From the NCBI RefSeq assembly GCF_044647545.1, contig NZ_CP172818.1: a stretch of 64,000 bases of DNA; one strand, 5' to 3'. The position numbers and the translations under genes were made by a program. The notes below the pieces were generated by a model. The model worked only from the letters and a program-made list of their open reading frames with translations. It was not told the DNA's origin and ran no database searches. Source of the stretch: Escherichia coli (GTDB lineage Bacteria; Pseudomonadota; Gammaproteobacteria; Enterobacterales; Enterobacteriaceae). Positions 56,104 to 64,000 of this stretch are shown in pieces; position 1 is the stretch's first letter, and each line of letters starts with the position of its first letter.

Positions 56104-56204
56104 TAAGTTTTAACTCATACGCAGTTAATAAAACCATTCCATATGAATGGTCGGTATCTTATTGCCTTTAAAACAGTGATTTTAAAAATCGCTTAGGGGA
56201 TGTT

Positions 56205-57470
56205 ATGCTCACGAAAAAGAAATGGGCGTTATTTAGTCTATTAACACTGTGTGGCGGTACAATTTATAAATTACCGTCGCTGAAAGATGCGTTTTATATC
56301 CCGATGCAGGAATATTTCCATTTGACCAATGGTCAAATTGGTAATGCTATGTCGGTAAACTCATTTGTCACCACAGTGGGCTTTTTTCTGTCTATTTATT
56401 TTGCCGATAAACTACCGCGCAGATACACCATGTCATTCTCACTCATTGCGACAGGATTACTGGGTGTTTATTTGACGACAATGCCGGGGTATTGGGGCAT
56501 CCTCTTTGTCTGGGCGCTATTTGGCGTTACTTGCGACATGATGAACTGGCCGGTCTTGCTCAAGTCGGTAAGTCGATTGGGCAATAGCGAACAACAAGGT
56601 CGGTTGTTTGGCTTCTTCGAAACAGGGCGTGGCATTGTCGATACCGTGGTGGCATTTTCTGCGTTGGCAGTATTTACCTGGTTTGGCAGTGGCTTATTAG
56701 GTTTTAAAGCAGGCATCTGGTTCTATTCCCTTATTGTGATTGCCGTAGGCATTATTATTTTCTTTGTCCTGAATGACAAAGAAGAGGCACCGTCCGTTGA
56801 GGTGAAAAAAGAAGACGGAGCATCGAAAAACACCAGTATGACCTCGGTGCTGAAAGACAAAACTATCTGGCTTATCGCTTTTAACGTCTTCTTCGTTTAC
56901 GCGGTTTACTGTGGCCTGACATTCTTCATTCCATTCCTGAAAAACATCTATCTATTGCCCGTTGCGCTGGTGGGGGCTTACGGCATCATTAACCAATACT
57001 GTCTGAAAATGATTGGTGGACCGATTGGTGGCATGATTTCAGATAAGATCCTGAAATCGCCAAGTAAATATCTATGCTACACCTTTATCATTAGTACCGC
57101 TGCGCTCGTACTGTTGATTATGCTGCCGCACGAAAGTATGCCGGTCTATTTAGGGATGGCATGTACGCTGGGCTTTGGCGCGATAGTCTTTACACAGCGA
57201 GCCGTATTTTTTGCACCTATCGGCGAAGCAAAAATTGCTGAAAATAAAACAGGTGCGGCGATGGCGTTGGGTAGCTTTATTGGTTACGCTCCGGCGATGT
57301 TCTGCTTCAGTCTGTATGGCTACATTCTGGATTTAAATCCGGGGATTATTGGCTACAAAATCGTGTTTGGCATTATGGCCTGCTTCGCATTCAGTGGTGC
57401 GGTGGTTTCCGTAATGCTGGTTAAGCGTATTAGCCAACGTAAGAAAGAGATGCTGGCGGCTGAAGCTTAA
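56205..57470 (+). CDS. yihN: MFS-family transporter YihN, 421 aa
   Basis: 421-aa polytopic membrane ORF. Confidence 0.88.
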   Translation: MLTKKKWALFSLLTLCGGTIYKLPSLKDAFYIPMQEYFHLTNGQIGNAMSVNSFVTTVGFFLSIYFADKLPRRYTMSFSLIATGLLGVYLTTMPGYWGILFVWALFGVTCDMMNWPVLLKSVSRLGNSEQQGRLFGFFETGRGIVDTVVAFSALAVFTWFGSGLLGFKAGIWFYSLIVIAVGIIIFFVLNDKEEAPSVEVKKEDGASKNTSMTSVLKDKTIWLIAFNVFFVYAVYCGLTFFIPFLKNIYLLPVALVGAYGIINQYCLKMIGGPIGGMISDKILKSPSKYLCYTFIISTAALVLLIMLPHESMPVYLGMACTLGFGAIVFTQRAVFFAPIGEAKIAENKTGAAMALGSFIGYAPAMFCFSLYGYILDLNPGIIGYKIVFGIMACFAFSGAVVSVMLVKRISQRKKEMLAAEA

Positions 57471-57476
57471 TTAATG

Positions 57477-57560
<84 letters not shown>

Positions 57561-58253
57561 TCAGAAGAAATACTTCGTCCCGATACGAATCTGGTTTTGC
57601 TCGCGGTGGTACGGTTCGACATTACGATCTAACCAGCGCAATTCAATATAGGGCAACCAGTGCTCATTAATGCGATAACGGAAGGTGTTAGTGATTTCCC
57701 AGTGATGCTTCGTACCATTGCTGCTATTGAAATCATTAATGTTATAAAAATAATGCGGTTCAAAGGTATATGAGAACTTATCGGTAATAATAAAGTTCCA
57801 GTAGTTGCCAATCTCGTAGCTGTCATTATTATCCAGATCACCGTTCAAATCGGTTGAGCTGTAGTTATTATGGTTAAAACGATTACGTACCGTCAGGTTA
57901 AACCATGGAGTAAATTTGTAGTTAACATCCAGATAAACAGCACCACCCGAACCGATACTCTTATCATTAATTAAGCCACCGGGCTGGATGGTTAATTTAT
58001 CGGTTGGTTTGAATAACGGATACCAACCTTCGATTTCGTTATATCCATGTTTGAGTTCATCTTCTCGCTGAAAGGTGTAGGTATTGGTTAACATAATACC
58101 CGCGCCCATATCGAAGTTATAACCCACACGTAGCATAACCTCGCCCTGATCGGAGGCGAGATTATATGCCTCCCTGTTTTCGACGTATGCGCCAGCAAAT
58201 ACCGAGGCAGAGGTCAGAGAGGATAATAGAATTATTGCATTAATCTTTTTCAT
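57561..58253 (-). CDS. ompL: outer membrane porin OmpL, 230 aa
   Basis: MKKINAIILLSSLTSASVFA signal peptide, beta-barrel-like sequence ending ..GTKYFF. Confidence 0.9.
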   Translation of the reverse strand: MKKINAIILLSSLTSASVFAGAYVENREAYNLASDQGEVMLRVGYNFDMGAGIMLTNTYTFQREDELKHGYNEIEGWYPLFKPTDKLTIQPGGLINDKSIGSGGAVYLDVNYKFTPWFNLTVRNRFNHNNYSSTDLNGDLDNNDSYEIGNYWNFIITDKFSYTFEPHYFYNINDFNSSNGTKHHWEITNTFRYRINEHWLPYIELRWLDRNVEPYHREQNQIRIGTKYFF

Positions 58254-58319
58254 AATAAGTCCATTTTTAAACGTAGGGAGGCCGCCACCCACCAGGATGG
58301 AAATAGCGGCTATTGACAT

Positions 58320-59723
58320 TTATAACGTTACGGAAGCCGTTTTTTCTTCTGTCGCCATCTCTTTATTTTTGCGTTGGTTGATTTCCTCAATAATCAATGC
58401 AAACCGTTTTTCATTGAGTGTGTAAAAGAATCCCATCGTCAATGCAGCAATAATTGCCAGTGCACAAGGCCAGATAAAAATGAGCTGACGCAAACCCTGT
58501 AATGTCGCATCACTTTGCGCGATGTTGGGAACATAACCGATTTGCGTCAGCATAATGCCTGGCAAGAAGCCAGCAAGTGCGGCAGAAATTTTACGAAAGA
58601 AGGTATAACCGGTATAAACAGAACCTTCGGCACGAATACCGGTTTTCCATTCACCGTAATCTACGGTATCTGGCACCAGTGCCCAGTTCAGGCTGTTTAC
58701 AAAGGCCGTGCCAAAAAAGGCGACACAAGAGAACATGACGAAAGTGAAAGAGTTACTTCCCCAGAAATAATTCAGGATATCACCAACCGCCCATAGCACC
58801 ATGCCAGCTAAATAAACCTGTTTTTTACCAAAACATTTTACAGTTAATGGCACCAGTAATACGCCGACGAGGATACATCCCATACTGAAAAATCCCATCC
58901 ACGACAATAAATTAATATCATTCAGCACATACTGGGTGTAATAGACCTGAATCGCCAGTTTGATATTAAATGCCGCCAGGGTACACAGGTTAGCAATGCA
59001 CAAAACCAGCAATGGCGGATTACGAAATATCGCGCAAAAAGATTTGAGAATACTGGCTTTATGTCCGGTTGGCGTCGTGTCTACATAATGCTCTTTGACG
59101 CCTCTGTAGCACAGCATCATAAAAATAAAGCCACCAATGGAGAACATCAGTGCCGCGCAGGCATAACCGACGGTGGAGTCAGAAAAAAGCGACTGCAATG
59201 GAATAAATGCTACGGTACAAATCAATAGCCCTATGGTTGCGCCGCCCTGGCGGTAAGCCGCAAGCTGCGCGCGCTCATTCGGGTTTTTGGTAATTGCCGG
59301 GATCATCGCGCCATACGAGCAGTTCATCAGACTGTATGAAAGTCCAAACATCATAAACAGCGCGGTGGCAATCGTCGTTTTAACCGGCAAACTAAAAGTG
59401 GTGGCGATAAACTGGAGCGTTGCAATTAACGCCGCCGGAACCGCTGCATATAAAATAAAGGGACGAAATTTGCCTTTAGGCCCAATATTTTTCCGCGAGT
59501 CGAGTAAAAATCCGGTGAGCATATCGGTAAATGCGGTAAAAAACTTCGCCACCAGAAAGATAATCCCGCCATAGTAAGCAGGCATCCCTAATTCATCGGT
59601 ATAAAATTTGAGGAGATACAGAGTACCGATGCAGAGCATTAAATTCGAACCGACGTCGCCCATACCATAGGCGATTTTTTCCCGCAGATTCAGTCTTAAT
59701 GTCAGTGGATTATGGTCAGACAT
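58320..59723 (-). CDS. yihO: GPH-family sugar:cation symporter (sulfoquinovose importer) YihO, about 467 aa
   Basis: Polytopic GPH-family ORF; start MSDHNPLTL. Confidence 0.88.
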   Translation of the reverse strand: MSDHNPLTLRLNLREKIAYGMGDVGSNLMLCIGTLYLLKFYTDELGMPAYYGGIIFLVAKFFTAFTDMLTGFLLDSRKNIGPKGKFRPFILYAAVPAALIATLQFIATTFSLPVKTTIATALFMMFGLSYSLMNCSYGAMIPAITKNPNERAQLAAYRQGGATIGLLICTVAFIPLQSLFSDSTVGYACAALMFSIGGFIFMMLCYRGVKEHYVDTTPTGHKASILKSFCAIFRNPPLLVLCIANLCTLAAFNIKLAIQVYYTQYVLNDINLLSWMGFFSMGCILVGVLLVPLTVKCFGKKQVYLAGMVLWAVGDILNYFWGSNSFTFVMFSCVAFFGTAFVNSLNWALVPDTVDYGEWKTGIRAEGSVYTGYTFFRKISAALAGFLPGIMLTQIGYVPNIAQSDATLQGLRQLIFIWPCALAIIAALTMGFFYTLNEKRFALIIEEINQRKNKEMATEEKTASVTL

Positions 59724-59765
59724 AATCACTCCTTATAACGCCCCGCAGGGCGTTGTTTATTATAA

Positions 59766-61154
59766 TTACGCCGTGCGTTTACGGGCTTCTATCTCTTCAA
59801 CAATGCGGACGTACATCTTCTCGTTCAGACTGTAGAAGCAACCCATTGCCACGATGGTGACTACTGCCAGTGCGCTTGGGTAGATGAAGATCAGTTGGCG
59901 CAACCCTTCGATAGTGTGGTCAGCCTGGGCGACGTTTGGCACATAGCCGATTTGCGTCAGCATCCAGCCTGGGAAGAAACCTGCCAGCGCCTGAGATACT
60001 TTGCGAAAGAAGGTGAAACCGGTGTAGACCGTACCTTCCGAACGCACACCGGTGCGCCACTCGCCGTACTCGACGGTGTCGGAAACCAGCGCCCAGTTCA
60101 GGCTGTTAACAAACGCTGAGCCGAAGAATGCCAGGCAGGAGAACGCCACGAAGCTGACCGAACCGCCGCCAAAGAAATAGTTGAGCAGATCGCCAAGCAC
60201 CCAAATCAGCAGGCCGCCGATATAGACCTTCTTCTTACCAAAACGTCTGACTGCGCCGGGCATCAGGAACACGCCGATGAAAATACAGCCCATGCTGAAA
60301 AATCCCATATATGACAACAGGATGGGATCGTTGAGCACGTACTGGGTGTAATAGACCTGAATGGCGAGCTTGACGTTAAACGCCCCTAAAGTGCAGAGGT
60401 TGGCAATACACAGAATGAACAGTGGGCGGTTACCAGCAATCGCGCGGAAAGACTGCAACAAGCCAGGCTTTTTTTGCGCCGGATTGGTAGGTTGGGTTTC
60501 GACATAACGCTCTTTCACGCCCGAGTAGCAGATCCACATAAACAGCAGGCCGAACAGTGAAAACAGCGTGGCGGCGAAGATATAGCCAAGTTGCTGATTA
60601 CCTTCGATAAGATTCATAACCGGCACGAATCCCACCGTACACAGCAGCAGGCCTAATGTAGCGCCACCCTGACGCCATGCTGCCAGCGATGCACGTTCGT
60701 TGGGGTTTTTAGTAATAGCGGGGACCATCGCGCCATACGAGCAGTTCATCATGCTGAAAAACAGTCCGTAAAGCATAAACAGGATGGTGGCCATCACCGT
60801 TTTACCGGTGACATCGAACGGCGTACCGATAAAGTTGGCGATCGCCAGCAGGGTGACCGGGAATGACGCATACAGAATAAAAGGACGGAACTTGCCTTTT
60901 GGGCCGATCTTGCGTCGGGAATCCAGCATGATGCCTGTTCCCATATCGGTAAACGCAGTAAAGAATTTTGAAATCAAAAAGATAATGCCGCCATAGGTGC
61001 CAGGCAGCCCCAGAACGTCGGTATAAAACTTCAAAAGATAAAGCGTACCAATATCCAGCAGGATGTTAGAGGCCAGGTCGCCAATACCGTAAGAGAGTTT
61101 CTCTTTAAAGGGCAGGCGTAAAGTTGCTGGATCTTCCGTTGTGATGTGACTCAT
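59766..61154 (-). CDS. yihP: GPH-family sugar:cation symporter YihP, about 462 aa (start uncertain; track ORF extends to 61187)
   Basis: Paralogous to yihO; start at MSHITTEDPATL preceded by agggaga RBS. Confidence 0.85.
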   Translation of the reverse strand: MSHITTEDPATLRLPFKEKLSYGIGDLASNILLDIGTLYLLKFYTDVLGLPGTYGGIIFLISKFFTAFTDMGTGIMLDSRRKIGPKGKFRPFILYASFPVTLLAIANFIGTPFDVTGKTVMATILFMLYGLFFSMMNCSYGAMVPAITKNPNERASLAAWRQGGATLGLLLCTVGFVPVMNLIEGNQQLGYIFAATLFSLFGLLFMWICYSGVKERYVETQPTNPAQKKPGLLQSFRAIAGNRPLFILCIANLCTLGAFNVKLAIQVYYTQYVLNDPILLSYMGFFSMGCIFIGVFLMPGAVRRFGKKKVYIGGLLIWVLGDLLNYFFGGGSVSFVAFSCLAFFGSAFVNSLNWALVSDTVEYGEWRTGVRSEGTVYTGFTFFRKVSQALAGFFPGWMLTQIGYVPNVAQADHTIEGLRQLIFIYPSALAVVTIVAMGCFYSLNEKMYVRIVEEIEARKRTA

Positions 61155-61199
61155 CGTTGTTCTCCCTTTGCCCGTGAGTTTCCCCACGGGCGGATGTGA

Positions 61200-63236
61200 T
61201 TAGATGCTTTTTAACGACGCGAACAGTGCCGCCCATTCGCTATCGGCGCGATAAAAGACCGGCGGTTTACCGATGGGCGCATTAACGGTAACTTCCCCGC
61301 CCCGGAACGCTTCACCCGTCCAGGCATGGACCCAGTTATCCTCCGGCAGATAGAGCGTCCAGTCGCTACGGCCTTCTTCATGCACCGGAGCGACCAGAAT
61401 GTCGCGGCCTAACAGGTACTGATATTTCAGGGTGTAGGTCTGCGCGTCGTCTTCGTAATGCAGGAACAGCGGGCGCATAACCGGCAGGCCGGACTTCGCA
61501 TTCAGCGCGACGGCCTCTTTCAGGTAAGGTTTCAGGGTGGTGAAGACGGTGGTCATACGGGCAAAATGGGCGATGGTTTCCGCGTCGCCGTCAAACTGCC
61601 AGTTGTCGCCAGGACGGTTACCTTCGTGGGTGCGCATCATCGGCGTGAAGGCGCTGAAATCGCACCAGCGCAGCAGCAGCTCTTTGCTGCGCTTCATCTC
61701 AAACAGGGTGGTGTAACCGCCAATATCGCTGTGATGCAGGCCATGTCCGGTCATTGCCAGCGACAGCGCCGCCGGGACAACCGACGCCAGGCCATCGTCG
61801 AGACTCCAGTCGACGTTCTGGTCGCCCGCCCACATCATGGTGGAGTATTTCTGGCTACCGGTAGAACCGGCGCGCATAAAGAAAAGGATCTCGCCAAGCT
61901 TGCCCGTTTCTTCAAGGGCTTCGTAGTTACATTTCGCCCACAGTGCGGGCCAGGCGTTATGCATAATTTCCGCGCTGACGCCGTTATGCAGGTAAGTGTC
62001 GGTGGGCAGATACTCGCCGAAGTCAGCCATCCAGCCGCCGCAGCCGAGTTCAATCATGTTCTTTTTGATCACTTCCTTGAACCAGGCGTAGGCTTCTGGA
62101 TTGGTGAGATCGACAACGCCGCCATAGAACTCGCCAAACTCCACCAGATAGTCGCCGCCAGAGGCATCTTTTGCCAGATAGCCGTGTGAAGCCGCCTCGG
62201 CGCAGAGGTCCTTATCGCTGGCAACATACGGGTTGATGTAGGCGAGGAACTGCACGCCTTCTTTGTTCCACTGTTTAATACGCGAATCCAGTTGCGGATA
62301 GTTTTCGCTGTTCCACTTCCAGTTCCACATCACACGTTTACCAAACGAGGTCATACGGATCCCGGACCAGTCCTGCGCCCAGATGCCGTTGACCTTCACG
62401 CCCGCGTTACGCATGGTGTCCAGTTTCTTCTGGCACACCTCAGTGCCGCCCTGAATGCCGAGCGTTACCCCGTCATAAATCCAGTCGGGCAGTTCTGGCT
62501 GGCGTCCCAGCAGGGCAGTTAATTTTTCCAGCAGGGAGATGTATGTATCAGCACATTCAAAACGCAGCGTTGCTTTGTCTTCCCACAGCGCCAGTTCATG
62601 GTATTCCGGGGCGCTAAAGTCGAAGTTCATGTAGCAACTGTTATCAACATGGCAGTAATACTTCTGCGTGCTGACAAACGTAGGCTGTGGGAAGAAAGTC
62701 CAGTAATAGTCGCCGCCCGCGTTCTCTTTGCAGTCGGCCTGCCAGGTGACATAGGTTTGCTTGTTGCGACCAACGCCTTGTTCACTGGTCCATAGCGGGA
62801 ACGGTTTGCCGCGCAGATCAAAGTAGGAGAATTGTTCACCGCAGCCGTAGATATGGTCCTCTGGTTGAGCGGCAAGGCGCAGCCAGATACGGTTGTGGTT
62901 AAGGTTGTCGTTTTGTAGTTCCAGCAATAAACGGCCCTGTTCGTCGGCAGAGATACGCAGCGTGGCGCTAATGTCAGAACCACGGCTGAAATGGATTAAC
63001 CAACCATCCGGTGACTGGCTGACGATGGCGTCGGTAAGCGCAATTTTCTCCTGTAGTTTATCTTTAATGCTGAAATTGCCGCGGAACATATCGATATCCG
63101 CAATACCTGAACCAATCCATAAACAAGGATTATCTTTGCTATGGGTTAAAATAAGACGCTGTTGAAAATGTAGGGTAAAACTGTCGTTATTCTGATGAAA
63201 CTGAAAATCTGGTAATTGTGGGCGTGGCGTATCCAT
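61200..63236 (-). CDS. yihQ: family GH31 alpha-glucosidase-like sulfoquinovosidase YihQ, 678 aa
   Basis: 678-aa GH31-like ORF. Confidence 0.92.
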   Translation of the reverse strand: MDTPRPQLPDFQFHQNNDSFTLHFQQRLILTHSKDNPCLWIGSGIADIDMFRGNFSIKDKLQEKIALTDAIVSQSPDGWLIHFSRGSDISATLRISADEQGRLLLELQNDNLNHNRIWLRLAAQPEDHIYGCGEQFSYFDLRGKPFPLWTSEQGVGRNKQTYVTWQADCKENAGGDYYWTFFPQPTFVSTQKYYCHVDNSCYMNFDFSAPEYHELALWEDKATLRFECADTYISLLEKLTALLGRQPELPDWIYDGVTLGIQGGTEVCQKKLDTMRNAGVKVNGIWAQDWSGIRMTSFGKRVMWNWKWNSENYPQLDSRIKQWNKEGVQFLAYINPYVASDKDLCAEAASHGYLAKDASGGDYLVEFGEFYGGVVDLTNPEAYAWFKEVIKKNMIELGCGGWMADFGEYLPTDTYLHNGVSAEIMHNAWPALWAKCNYEALEETGKLGEILFFMRAGSTGSQKYSTMMWAGDQNVDWSLDDGLASVVPAALSLAMTGHGLHHSDIGGYTTLFEMKRSKELLLRWCDFSAFTPMMRTHEGNRPGDNWQFDGDAETIAHFARMTTVFTTLKPYLKEAVALNAKSGLPVMRPLFLHYEDDAQTYTLKYQYLLGRDILVAPVHEEGRSDWTLYLPEDNWVHAWTGEAFRGGEVTVNAPIGKPPVFYRADSEWAALFASLKSI

Positions 63237-63589
63237 AAATAATCTCCATAGAGTATAAAGCTAATATTTCATGCCATCCTGTTGTTACAGGTTTCATTAA
63301 TTAAAGATTGTGTGCTATAAATAAAACCCCATAAGTGATATATAAAAACTTTTTCAGCCCGGCGGATTGCCGCCATTTTTAACCAAAAATGCCAGTTACA
63401 ATAATAACTAACAATAAACGGAGCAGAATCCAGCCGGGAATTCCCATCCCTTTTATCAACATAGAACCGGAGGCAATCAGCAACAAAAAGACCATCACAC
63501 GGAACACTTTGACTGAAAGCGTTTATGCACATATCTCCAACAAGCGAACCGAGAATCAGGAAAACAAAAAACACCAGTTAAAAAAAGAA

Positions 63590-63950
63590 ACATCAAAATC
63601 CCCCCCCCCCGCCCCCCCCGCCCCCCTTTTTGGGGAAAAAAAGGGTCCGAGGCCCCGAATCCCCCGGGCCCAATTCCAGCATACCTACACCCCCGCCCCG
63701 CCCCCCGCCCCGCTCGCCGCTACTCGCCGATACGCCGCGACCATAACGTCAAAACGACAGACAAGAAATAAACATAAAAAAAAAAAAAAAGAAAAGGATC
63801 CCCCTACCCATTAAAAACGTACATACAAACACACAAACAAACAACAAAAAAAAAAATAACGCCCCCCCAACACAAAAAAAAAAACCCCAACAAAAAGAAA
63901 AAAAAAAAAAAAAAAAAAAAAAACACCCCCCAAAAAAAAAAAAAACATAA
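63590..63950. repeat. low-complexity, homopolymer-rich (poly-C, poly-A) sequence; probable assembly or read-end artefact
   Basis: Runs such as c11, a25, ccccgcccc repeats and acaaacaaaca, atypical of E. coli. Confidence 0.8.
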
Positions 63951-64000
63951 TATTTCCTGTTGTGTAAATACAACCCTAAACAATGATCTCGTTCTTTTCT

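Noticed and set aside
63389-63814. 141-aa plus-strand ORF rich in Pro, Lys and Ala
   Set aside because: It is a translation of the homopolymer-rich low-complexity tail and almost certainly artefactual.

Overview
This window is an Escherichia coli K-12-like core chromosomal segment running from the 3' end of recQ to yihQ. Almost every ORF matches a known housekeeping gene in conserved order, and the complete rrnA operon (16S, tRNA-Ile, tRNA-Ala, 23S, 5S) sits in the middle; the sRNAs Spot 42 and CsrC and several REP/BIME clusters are also present. I found no convincing novel multi-gene system (no CRISPR, integrase, transposase, toxin-antitoxin or defence-island architecture). Four local anomalies stand out: (1) an ORF-free, strongly G-depleted tract of about 1.2 kb between udp and rmuC, beginning where the udp stop codon should be, so udp reads through for 27 extra codons; (2) the rrfA 5S gene lacks its last 12 nt and the expected downstream terminator hairpin; (3) yihL is split by a frameshift into 69-aa and 167-aa ORFs; (4) the last ~400 nt are homopolymer-rich low-complexity sequence that looks like an assembly or read-end artefact. 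Anomalies 1 and 4 share a G-poor top-strand composition, so the tract may be artefactual rather than biological. All comparisons to K-12 are from memory; none was checked against a reference.
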